Assembly: GCF_006345805.1 (NCBI RefSeq)
Contig: NC_043008.1
Span: 63,426,001-63,490,000 of the forward strand
DNA: 64,000 nt
Source: Octopus sinensis
Lineage: Eukaryota
Direction: 5' to 3'
The notes beneath the pieces were generated by a model. The model saw only the letters and a list, made by a program, of their open reading frames with translations. It was not told where the DNA came from and did no database searches. Within the stretch, counting starts at the first letter, position 1, and every line of letters starts with the position of its first letter. The translations under genes and the position numbers were made by a program. Of the stretch, positions 52,547-64,000 are shown piece by piece.

Positions 52547-53184
52547 ATTTTATTTTTTAGTGCTCAGGTCAACTACAACTTCTCTGTTAAGCCAAATAAA
52601 GAAAGACTAATGAAACTGAAAATAGTCAACGCACAGATAATATTTCCTTGTAAAACATAAAACCCCATATGTACTTGCTGGGATGGGTCACCAAATAAGA
52701 ACCAATAGCATCAAATTCCATCCTTGGTAAACACTGAGGGAATATTAAATTAAAGTCACCATTCTTCATTTAGCAGAGATTTAACAGAAATATAAGTCAA
52801 ACAAGGAAAAATTAACAATGGCAGAATAAATGTGTAATTTTGTGAACAACACCTGTATAGGACTGTAAGGAAGAACATTTGAAGCAAATAATCAAATATC
52901 AGACAGTAATCTTATTCCATTATAGTTTGATAAACAAAGAGAGCTCAGAGCAGGTTAAACATTTCTACGAAATATCAGCAATTTTCTCTTCCTTCGTATA
53001 CCTGATCTATATTCATCAGTTTTAGAAAGAAGAAGTAAATGAAGAATAATCTAGAGGCATATGATCTGTGTGTTGTTTGTTTTTGTTGCTGTCTTTAGAA
53101 CTCTATAAAGAAGCCATTTGGTGCTGAGAAAATTGCTGCCACGGTAGAAAGAAGTTTTGCTAATATAATATCATATAAGGTAAA

Positions 53185-53210
53185 TATATATATGTGTGTG
53201 TGTGTGTGTG

Positions 53211-53258
<48 letters not shown>

Positions 53259-53295
53259 GTATATATATATATGTATATGTATATATATATATATG

Positions 53296-53326
<31 letters not shown>

Positions 53327-53442
53327 GTATATGTATATATATATATGTATATATGTATATGTATATATATGTATATATATATATATATGTATATATATAT
53401 GTATATATGTATATGTATATGTATATATATATAATGTATATA

Positions 53443-53514
<72 letters not shown>

Positions 53515-53525
53515 GTATATATATA

Positions 53526-53567
<42 letters not shown>
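53185..53567. repeat. (TG)n/(TA)n/(TATG)n array
   Basis: Directly visible. Confidence 0.93.
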
Positions 53568-53568
<1 letters not shown>

Positions 53569-55351
53569 GCTAAAAGTACATTTATCTAATTTATTGCACA
53601 GTTCTCAGTAGAATGTGCTTCTGAATGGTTTTTCTTATATCTGAACTATTATGAAACAGTGCAAGATATTTTACAGGGCATTAACGAAAAGTTGAGTACA
53701 CAAAGAATCAATTATCTTTATTCTTCTCAGTTCAACTCTGTGTAAACACAGTTCAGTCCATAGAACTACTGATAATGTAGAAACTGAATAGAAATAAGAA
53801 AAAAATATATATATATTAAAAATAAAGATATCATGGCTATAAGGTTTAGTTATGTCTTATGTAGAACTAAAATATAATGTTCTTTGTTGAATAAGTATAA
53901 GAACTACAATGCGGTTTGTTGATACATCACTTGAAAAAGCAGGCGTAATGCTGTTCATAAGACTATACACAGTCTTTGAATTATTGAAATGTATGAAGAT
54001 AACAGACCATTGAATAAAGGCACCACTAAAAACTAGAAGACCAATTGTAGATTTTCTCAGTTCTACCAATGACATATTTATTGATAAAAATGTGATTCAA
54101 TCAGGTTATATGGTTATTAGTTATTGGCCATAAAGAAACAGTGTAGACATGGCTTTGTGGTGAAGAAGATTGTTTTTCAAGCATATTATTTTTAGGTTTG
54201 GTTCTATTGCTTGGTGCTTGGGTAGAGTCCTCTAATATAGGTGCAGGTGTGGCTGTGTGGTAAGAAGTTTGCTTCCCAAATACATGGTTCCAGGTTTAGT
54301 CACACTGCGTGGCACCTTGATTTATTAAAAATAACAGCCAAATCTTCTGCAAGCCACACTCTACTATCCTAAAGCATGGACTTAGTGGACAGTATAGCCT
54401 GAGGTATTCTATGCCTGACCAAAAGACTGAACTGAAGATAAACAACAACAATATGTCAGATTATTATCCCTTTGTTTGTTCTTGCACTTTACATTTGTTT
54501 TTCCATGCTTGCATGGGTCAGATGAGTACTTATGAGAGACAGAGTTTTACAGCCAGAGCCCTTCCTGAGTTCTTAGCCTAATTTCTTTTTTTAAACAAAG
54601 AACCTCTAATTTTACACAGACTCAAAATCAGTAACTGACCAGATAATATTTATTGAGAGGAAAATTTGACTACAGCACTAGTCACTGTACATATGTACAA
54701 GCAATTTCAGAAACTCACACACATGCACACACATACACACATACACACACATGCACATGCACAAATTAAAATTTGAAAAGTATTTTTGAAAGATCAAGGG
54801 CCTATGGCGAATAACTTAGTGACTCTTTGGTGGACAGTGACCAACAGTTGCCAAAATTAGAATATATATATTTTTCTTTTATTGATATAGCTCCCATATA
54901 TTTATGCATTATACATGTCTTGGCTATAAGGTAATAGTATTTTTCTGTGTTATATCTATGTCTAGAGATCTGGGAGAGATTATGCAAATGAGGGCAGCAA
55001 CATTGTGGGTTGGAGCTTTAGTTGTCAAAGTTTTGCTTGTTGTTCACTCAGGATCAACTTCATTCCTTCCTTCTAATCCCTTGATCATGTTGTCAGTGAA
55101 GCATTCATTGATCACATCGTAACCAGAGTTCACCAGTTCTCTCGGCCTTCTACCATTCTCTGTGAATCGGTAAAACTGAAACCACTCTATTCTCTGATGT
55201 TAACCTGGGTGATAACTGATCCAGTATGAGTTCTGGTCTGGTTGTCATTATCATGAATGTATCACAGGCAAGATAGCTTGACAGTACCCAGTCACAGTGG
55301 TACACTTCTACCTGAGACGTACCCTGGCACCAAGCACTAAGCCACTAAACT

Positions 55352-55949
55352 AAGCAGGTTCCTCTACTCTAGTCAGTGACCCCTTGGGAAGCCTTACACA
55401 GTCTTTTGCTACCGGTACAGTGTTAACGCCATACTCTCACTTGGTTTAACTTACCAGCTGAAGTGGAGTACATGGATGTCGGTCTAGGAGCTATTAAGTG
55501 AGAGACTAGGAGTTGAATGTGAATCAGTGATGCCTCTCCATCTGACCATCCCTGGCAAGGCATAGCTGCAAGATAGCAAAGGTGCTACCCCTATCCAGTA
55601 TCCTCAAACCCCTTAATTATGAACAAGCAAAGCAATGGTCATAAACATTTCTCTCAGTTTCCTCAATCATTGCATGGTTCCTCTACTCAATCAAGCAGGT
55701 TCCTCTACTCTAGCCAGTGACCCCTTGGGAAGCCTTACACAGTACATGGATGTCGGTCTAGGAGCTATTAAGTGAGAGACTAGGAGTTGAATGTGAATCA
55801 GTGATGCCTCTCCATCTGACCATGCCTGGCAAGGCACAGCTGCCAGATAGCAAAGGTGCTACCCCTATCCAGTATCCTCAAACCCCTTAATTATGGACAA
55901 GCAAAGCAATGGTCATAAGCATTTCTCTCAGTTTCCTCAATCATTGCAT
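55352..55949. repeat. Local tandem duplication (324-bp and 257-bp units)
   Basis: Units at 55352-55675 and 55693-55949; the second lacks 67 bp; 17-bp junction insert. Confidence 0.88.
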
Positions 55950-56011
55950 TACATGTTTTCTCTTTTATCAGTGTTTATGTTGCGAGCTTGATGGATGTTT
56001 GGAGTCTCTCT

Positions 56012-56423
56012 TTTTTTCTCTTTACTTGTTTCTGTCATTTGACTGTGGCCATGCTGGAGCACCACCTTTAGTCAAGCAAATCAACCCCAGGACTTGTTCT
56101 TTGTAAGCCTAGTGCTTATTCTATCAGTCTCTTTTGCCAAACCACTAAGTTATGGGGACGTAAACACACCAGCATCGGTTGTGAAGCGATGATGGGGTAC
56201 AAACACAGACACACAAACATACACACACACAGATATATATATATATATATTCATATATACGACAGGCTTCTTTCAGTTTACCTCTATCAAATCCACTCAC
56301 AAGGCTTTGGTCGGCTCGAGGCTATAGTAGAAGACACTTGCACAAGCTGTCATGCAGTGGGACTGAACCTGGAACCATGTGGTTGGTAAGCAAGCTACTT
56401 ACCACACAACCACTCCTACACCT
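56012..56423 (-). mobile_element. Family C SINE, full length
   Basis: Colinear with the other family C copies. Confidence 0.87.
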
Positions 56424-56775
56424 ATTTCAGAATATTTTCCTTAACATGTGTATTCCAATTTCAGAATCTGTACCTTGGGTAATGAAAGAGGGGATTATAA
56501 ATGTAGACAACATGGAGGGCTTTTAGCCACAAAATGCTACATCAGAAAATCTGTCTAACTCATACCAGCATGGAAAAACAGGGGGGAATATTATGGTGAC
56601 GAGGGTGAATGATGATGGTGATGGGGGTGATAGTAATGATCATCATCACTGTTGATGGTGATGGTTGTGGTGGTGGTTGTGGTGGTGGTTGTGGTGGTGG
56701 TTGTGGTGGTGGTTGTATTGGTGGTGGTGGAAGTGGTTGTGTTGGTGGTAATGATGATGATGGCGGCGATGATGA

Positions 56776-57003
56776 AGGCGGCGAGCTGGCAGAAACGTTA
56801 GCACACCAGGCGAAATGCTTTGCGGTATTTCGTCTGCGTTACGTTGTGAGTTCGAATTCCGCCGAGGTCGACTTTGCCTTTCATCCTTTCGGGGTCGATA
56901 GAGTACCAGTTACGCACTGGGGTTGATGTAATCGATTTAATACCTATGTCTGTCCTTGTTTGTCCCCTCTGTGTTTAGCCCCTTGTGGGTAATAAAGAAA
57001 TAG
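56776..57003 (+). mobile_element. Family B SINE (Nin/Deu-like central domain), inserted in (GAT)n
   Basis: AGGCGGCGAGCTGGCAGAAACG...GAGTTCGAATTCCGCCGAGGTCGACTTTGCCTTTCATCCTTTCGGGGTCGA. Confidence 0.87.
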
Positions 57004-57422
57004 GTAATGATGATGATGATGATGATGATGTTGATGAAGATGACGATTTGTCTTCCAAACATATATTGAATAGTGATAAATTTATTGTACTAAATTCTTT
57101 GTTGTTTTCAAAATTTATTTAAAGCAAGGCATGTATTTCAACAGAAACATGGTTATGAAAAGATTCAGAAATAGGTGGGAGCGATCAAAGATTGTATTAC
57201 CATATTTTGGTGGGCTTACATCTAGTTTTTGTCGGTTTGAGAATCACTGGTCTCTGCCGCAGTTTGATTCAACTGTGCCAACTGAACTTATTCACCAGAC
57301 CCAGTAACATTACAAATAGGAAGTCCTTACTTAATCTCTAGATGCACAGTACACTGCAGCTAAACCCTTCTCAGATTACACCCTACTGCTCTGAGAAAAG
57401 CAAGAATACACTGAGTACCTAG

Positions 57423-57586
57423 TTCTTTACTACCCACAAGGGGCTAAACATAGAGGGGACAAACAAGGACAGACATAGGTATTAAGTCGATTACATCGAC
57501 CCCAGTGCATAACTGGTACTTATTTAATCGACCCCGAAAGGACGAAATACCGCTAAGCATTTTTGCCCGGTGCGCTAACATGCCTT
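57423..57586 (-). mobile_element. Family B SINE with an internal deletion
   Basis: Matches 60938-61167 except for the missing middle. Confidence 0.82.
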
Positions 57587-58809
57587 GGCTACATTGGAAT
57601 TTCAACCGTGTTTCGTGGTCTGCTACCACAACAGCTCCTTTATAGGATCCAGTTAGCTCAAGACATCATCAGGAGGAACCACGTCCAGTTTTGGCCCCTA
57701 CTCCTCTACTGTTTTGACGTACCCCCTTCCTTTCGGAGGTGTCTTCAGCTCTGGTGTTGGGTCTTCTTTCTTCTTTCTTCTGTTCCCTGGCCTCTTCGAT
57801 GTATCGTCAGCGAGTGTCAGCAGGCAACTGATAATATAGTCACTGATTTATGAAAAGAAATGGTAGCTGGAGCAAGTTTAGATACCTCTAATCATAGGCA
57901 TTTTTGGATTAGGACTGATTGTGGCGGAACAACTTGAATAACACAACAATACAGGAACCTACGCATATGTAATAGTTATGTTAATATTCTGTTCCATCAT
58001 TGTTTGGATAAATTGTTATTTATTTATTCTTCTCCAGCGCTTGTATTCAGTGATACTGCAATATTTGAACATTAAATCAATAATAATTCAATTAAAGTTC
58101 ATGGAACAACTTTCTTTGTATATTCAAAGACATATATTGTCTAGATTTAGACATATAATTGCATCAGCCTGCCATTTAATGTTGCTATACAGAAGAGAAA
58201 TTACACTAGTTGTCAGTATAACATCAGTAATTTAAAGGTAAAAAAGCCGCTTATACATTTATGTAATGTCTATTTTCTCCAAGAAATTGTGTTATAGTTT
58301 TCTCTAGCTTTCCTTAGTATGACACAGTTTTCAGCATCAAAGGACTTTTCTTAGCAAGAAATATATACTAATATATTTTTTTACTAGTTTTGGTTTTGTT
58401 TTTTCCTATATATTTCTCTCAATTTATCTAACCATAGCATTACATGTTTTCTCTTTTATCTGTTTATGTGCCAGCTGTTCCCTTAATGGATATTTTTTTT
58501 TTCTTTGACATTATTTATCGACACTCATTACAAGTGGGCTGTTAACTTCTATAGAAGCCATGAAAGAACGGTGATGACAATATTTCATTCAAATAAATAC
58601 AATGCCAATGCAATACTAATGTTCAGTCTTTTACAAACATTGCAGGCAATATTTTCAGCTACTTAAATTTATGAACCTTTGACATCATCTCACATATAAA
58701 TAAGTACCACTGGTTTGTGAAATTTTAAGTTTTTTTTTGTTTTTTTTTTAATTTTCATTCATTTATTTATTTATTTTTTGCTGAGCAAAGAATTCAATGG
58801 AACACAGAA

Positions 58810-58831
58810 TTCCTTTGATAAGCAAAGTAAC

Positions 58832-58862
<31 letters not shown>

Positions 58863-58877
58863 TAATAATAATAATAA

Positions 58878-58924
<47 letters not shown>

Positions 58925-58961
58925 TTAATAATAATAATAATATTATTAATAATAAAAATAA

Positions 58962-58992
<31 letters not shown>

Positions 58993-59013
58993 AATATTAA
59001 TAATAATAAAAAT

Positions 59014-59045
<32 letters not shown>

Positions 59046-59160
59046 AAATAATAATAATATTATTATTATTATCAGTATTATTATTATAATTATTATCATC
59101 ATTATTATTAGTAGTATTATTAATACTAAAAACAACAACAACAGCAGCAACAATAACCAC
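58810..59160. repeat. (AAT)n/(ATT)n array
   Basis: Directly visible. Confidence 0.93.
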
Positions 59161-59479
59161 AGCAAAAACAAATTGCTAAAAATAAACTCGAATAGAATTA
59201 ACTACAAAAGTCTCCAATTTCAAAACCTATTCATATGAAATCATATATAAATTTGGTGAAACACAGTTTGAAAGGAAACTATGTACAAATAAATTTCGAG
59301 GTATTGATGTTATATGATATTTACTCATCTAATTACAACAGCAGATTTATTCGGTGTTAGTTTCTAATATAGAGCAGATTTTTCCTTTTGAACAATGATA
59401 TGTGAGCTTTTGTTTAGTCGTTTGTGGCAGGAAAACAATTTGGATATATTTGTATGGTATAAAGAGTGAGAGGGAGGAG

Positions 59480-59682
59480 GAGGAGGAGGAGGAGGAGGAG
59501 GAACTGCAATATATCAGCATATTTATGTGTGTGTGTATATATATACATATATATATATTATATATATATATATCTGTGTGCGTGCGTGAGTAGATATACA
59601 TGTTTGTGAGTGTGTAAATATATATATATATATACACATATATATATACATATATATATATACATACATATATATATATATG

Positions 59683-59746
<64 letters not shown>

Positions 59747-59757
59747 TTATATATATG

Positions 59758-59789
<32 letters not shown>

Positions 59790-60025
59790 ATATATATATA
59801 TACACCTATGTATATATATATATATTATATTCATATATACACACACATACACACACACACACATATATATATGCATGTGTGTATGTAGATATATCTATCA
59901 CTCTCTCTCACTATATATATATATGCATATATATATACACACATTTATGTGAACACACACACACACACATGCATAAATTTAAGCATGTATGCGCATGTGC
60001 ATATATATATATATATATATAAGGG
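59480..60025. repeat. (GAG)n followed by long (TA)n/(CA)n arrays
   Basis: Directly visible. Confidence 0.92.
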
Positions 60026-60937
60026 GTGCTGTTTGTGTATGTGTGCATGTATATATGTAAAAATAATACAAATGAAACAATACTACGAATAGACATCAGA
60101 AGATAAGAGATTTTTTTTTTACAGATAAATATATCTCATAGCAATCATTGGTAATGACAGACATTGAATAACGGTGGCATCATAAAAGGCAGAATTTATA
60201 TGAAATGAGGATTATTTAAATAAAAAACAAAATAAAAAGTCTTTCATTTATAAACAATATAAAATTACAGTGTTTATATAATAATTTCACAAAGCAGAAA
60301 AATGGAATGAAGATTTTTATAGAAGTAGAGGTAACATATTTGTAACTTCTATAAAAAAAAATATTCCCGTAAATATTGAAGTATTATTATGACATTTTTT
60401 TTTTTTATGATTATACATAAAAGGCATGTATATATATATGTTTTTTAATGTTTCTATTATGCTACAGCTATTGTGATATATGAGTTTTCTGCCTAAAGTT
60501 TTATTAACACAATCTCTTTGAAGAAGTTAAATAGATATCTCGTTGAATAATAAAATTAATTTTTAGTAATGTGAATGTCAGTCCGGTATCTACAAGAACA
60601 ATTAGAATTCTGTCTGAAAGATAGTGTTCTTGAAATGCAAAATTTCACGAGATTAGCTACATTAGCTATTTTCCACACACACATGCACACACATGCACAC
60701 ACAGGCGCACATGTCCGTTATATAGAGTTTTTATCTTTATTGAACTTGAATCTGATTGTTTGCCCAGCAGCAACAGATTCATGCTACTGTGACCTATTCC
60801 TGACGATCACTGTTGTGTGAAACACGATTTTTAAGTTAACTCTTTCTTTCAGATTCAATAAAACGGCATAATCTTTGAAACAAGTATTGAGCATGCTATC
60901 CTGATTTGTTTGACATAAAGCAACATATATATATATA

Positions 60938-61167
60938 TTTCTTTACTACCCACAAAGGGCTAAACATAGAGGGGACAAACAAGGACAGACAAACGGATTA
61001 AGTCGATTACATCGACCCCAGTGCGTAACTGGTACTTAATTTATCGACCCCGAAAGGATGAAAGGTAAAGTCGACCTCGGCGGAATTTGAACTCAGAACG
61101 TAACGGCAGACGAAATACGGCTACGCATTTCGCCCGGCATGCTAACGGTTCTGCCAGCTCGCCGCCT
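60938..61167 (-). mobile_element. Family B SINE, young-looking full-length copy
   Basis: Complete and CpG-rich; colinear with 56776-57003. Confidence 0.88.
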
Positions 61168-61174
61168 TAATATA

Positions 61175-61215
<41 letters not shown>

Positions 61216-61430
61216 GTATGTGTGTGTGTATGTGTGTGTATTTGTGTGTATATGTGTGTGCATGTGTGTATGCATGTTTGTATATGTATGTATATGTATG
61301 TATATGTGTGTGTATGTATATATATCTGTGTGTGTATATATAATCGTCATCATTTAACGTCCGTTTCCCATGCTAGCAATATATATGTATATGTATGTGT
61401 GTGCGCATATATATATATATATATATATAT

Positions 61431-61612
61431 AGCAAGAATTTACAAAAACACCAAAAGACAAAGATGGGTATGTAAACAACAAACAGAACTATTAGTTTAA
61501 TGCTTGGGAAGTGAGAAAGTCTTTTAGGTTTTGAGCCTATGCTCTTCGACAGTAAGGAACCCAAAAATAAGCAGTGAGAGAAAATAGAAAAAGGTTTAGT
61601 CGCTAATGATCT
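61431..61612 (-). mobile_element. Family H2 element between (TA)n tracts; decayed hammerhead-like motif at 61521-61556
   Basis: The - strand reads CCTTA-CTGTCGA-A-GAGC(ATAG)GCTC-AAAACCTAAAAG, with a tail homologous to 51033-51130. Confidence 0.78.
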
Positions 61613-61641
61613 ATCATATATATATATATATATATATATAA

Positions 61642-61674
<33 letters not shown>

Positions 61675-61863
61675 CATACCTACATACATAATACATATAC
61701 ACTCACATGCACATACTCAAATATATACAAATAGGTAGACAAGTGGCAAGCAGAACTACCTAACATATTCATATTTAGCAGCCTAAGACAGATGAGTTAG
61801 CTTCCTATAATGACCCTACATAAATCAATGTTGCATGGGGTCAAATCAAAATATTCTAAACAA

Positions 61864-61942
<79 letters not shown>

Positions 61943-62143
61943 TGTTTTGGTTTGGTAAATCTCAAAGCAGATAAAGCTTAGATAGAAAATGTCAAAGGTA
62001 GCCCATAGAGATCAAGACAGGAAAATTTTAGATGTGCATAACATATTTGTAAGAAAAATGAAAGCATGTTTTGTAACCCTCAATTATATCATTTTTGTAG
62101 CTATAATTGATTACAATATATCTAGTAACCTTATTATCCAGCC

Positions 62144-62422
62144 CACGGGTATATGGCATAGTGGTTAAGAGTGAAGGCTACTAACCCCAAGATTCCAAGT
62201 TCGATTCCAGGCAGTTACCTGAATAATAATAATAATAACATAAAAAAATACCTTAGGAATGAGAACCCAGGTTTGAAATTTCCCCAAGACACCTGATGAA
62301 GGCTGGAGGGTATATCAGCCAAAACATTGTGTTAACAACAAACAAGATGAGTACTAATATCCGTCAAATGTAAATAATGTAAATAATGTACATAATTCCT
62401 CATCTTTTAAATATAGAACTGT
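62144..62422 (+). mobile_element. Family H1: tRNA-headed SINE-like element carrying a hammerhead ribozyme motif
   Basis: A box TGGCATAGTGG (62154), B box GTTCGATTCC (62199), (AAT)n, hammerhead motif, and tail ending AAATATAGAACTGT. Confidence 0.87.
62288..62333 (+). ncRNA. Minimal type I hammerhead ribozyme motif (two G>A changes at CpG sites)
   Basis: ACAC-CUGAUGA-A-GGCUG(10 nt)CAGCC-[G>A]AA-AC[G>A]U-U-GUGU; stems I and II are intact. Confidence 0.7.
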
Positions 62423-62589
62423 ATCAATTATTTCTGTAATAATATATTCTGGACTAAACAATCAAATGGGTTATTTAAAAAAAACAGATGCATCAGTTAG
62501 AATCATCTGTTATTTTTAACACACTGTGTGACCAGACCAAGTAGTGGTTCTTTACATGTGAGTGTTGGACAGATGGATGGATAGAAGGA

Positions 62590-62745
62590 TGGTCAGAATG
62601 ATAGATAGATAGGTAGGTATGTAGGTAGGTAGGTAGGTAGGTAGGTAGGTAGGTAGGCAGGTAGGCAGGTAGTTAGGTAGGTGGGTAGGTAGGTAAGTAG
62701 GTAGTTGGTAGGTTGGTAGGTAGATAGATAGATAGATAGATAGAC
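62590..62745. repeat. (TAGG)n/(TAGA)n microsatellite
   Basis: Directly visible. Confidence 0.92.
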
Positions 62746-63218
62746 TGTGGCAACTGACAACAAGAAAGAATGGAAAAATGGTTGCTAAATAAATGGTGGC
62801 GGAGATGGATGTTGATATGTATAATGTACTTACATTGAGTCTCTCACCCATCATACCCATTCCTCACTCGTCCTGTCATGAGAGACATGTCATCTCAGAA
62901 TGTGAAGACTGCAATGCTGACGAAGGCTTTTGCCATTCCAGTGACTTACATTTGCATTTGAAATTGGTATCTTTTACATTTGAGAGTCAAAACACAATCA
63001 TTATTATTGCAACTCTTGTCAGAATTTTTCTGTTATGTGTACCAACATTATTTCCTATCTTTCAAAATGAATACTTTCTAGACTCACTAACAACAATCCG
63101 AGATTCTCCAAACCGTTGTTCTTTGGATGGAATTGTAAAATTAATAGAAAATTTAATGTGGTCTCAAAATAGTAAAATGTTACTGTTTTCCCTACAGGAA
63201 CAATTTTCTCTTTTGTAA

Positions 63219-63537
63219 TGGGTGCTTTTTACGTGCCACCTGCACTGGTGCCAGGCGAGGCTGGCATCGGCCACGGTCGGATTGGTGCACGTAAAATGCA
63301 CCAATCCGACCGTGGCCGATGCCAGCCTCGCCTGGCACCAGTGCAGGTGGCACGTAAAAAGCACCCACCACAATCACGGAGTGGTTGGTGTTAGGAAGGG
63401 CATCCAGCTGTAGAAACATTGCCAGATAAGACCGGAGCCTGGTGCAGCCTTCTGGCTTCCCAGATCCCCGGTCGAACCGTCCCACCCATGCTAGCATGGA
63501 GAACGGACGTTAAACGATGATGATGATGATGATGATG
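63219..63537 (+). mobile_element. Family F element with a perfect 5' inverted duplication
   Basis: 63290-63537 is colinear with 45298-45533; 63219-63289 is the exact reverse complement of 63297-63367. Confidence 0.88.
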
Positions 63538-64000
63538 TAGTTAAATTTTGGCCAGAAATGTACTAAAATTCATCATAATTCCTTGATATACTTATAATAC
63601 TGCCCCTGTTCCCATTATGATATATCATTTCAGAAATGCAGACTTTCATATCTGTGTAGGAAATTTCTATTATCTTTCCCAAGTTATACACAATTTCCAT
63701 AAAACCTGATTGTGCCCACAGCAATGGGACATATTTATAAATTAATTTATTTTGTATTGTAGCCAGCATTTGATTAATGATGTACAATGTGTGTATTTCT
63801 ATTTAGTGATTGGTTTGTGGATCTGCTTTGGGTACTAAGACAGAATGTAGTCTACATATTAAAACTTGAGAAAATAAACACATTCAACTCAATTTTCATT
63901 TCACAACAGTCTCATTAAAAGTTGAACAGGTGAGATGTGAGCCAAACTAGAATAGAATATTATTGAGATAATTATCAAGAATACAATCAATGTTGCCATA

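Noticed and set aside
57600-57680. Hairpin GTGGT-AGCAG-ACCAC followed by GAAAC on the - strand, with CTGATGA upstream
   Set aside because: The core spacing is wrong and stems I and III cannot be formed, so it is not accepted as a hammerhead.
62793-63218. 141-aa ORF with a Cys/His-rich stretch (SCHERHVISECEDCNADEGFCH)
   Set aside because: No recognisable domain or consistent splice signals; compatible with a chance ORF.

Overview
AT-rich eukaryotic genomic DNA, very dense in microsatellites, with no host gene I can support. Its SINE families and its (TA)n/(AAT)n load match what I recall for octopus genomes; this is an inference, not a database match. Almost all long ORFs in the track are microsatellite translations. 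Recognisable coding DNA is limited to decayed transposons: two hAT transposases (12.2-15.0 kb and 33.1-35.1 kb, both on the - strand), an internally deleted mariner (16.1-17.0 kb) and RTE LINE fragments. The rest is a dense set of short repeats (labelled A-G here, mostly tRNA-headed SINEs), MITE/fold-back elements and local rearrangements. The top finding is two families of short non-coding elements carrying minimal hammerhead-ribozyme folds of the Penelope-like type. One family has a tRNA/Pol III head fused through an (AAT)n linker to the ribozyme module (7.6, 7.9, 28.4 and 62.1 kb). The other has a variant core and, in one copy, a 13-bp target-site duplication (51.0 and 61.5 kb). Also notable are a perfect 71-bp fold-back at 63.2 kb and a chimeric SINE with covarying 3' hairpin pairs at 32.9 kb. 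Family names are from memory, and coordinates were read by eye (a few bases of error possible).
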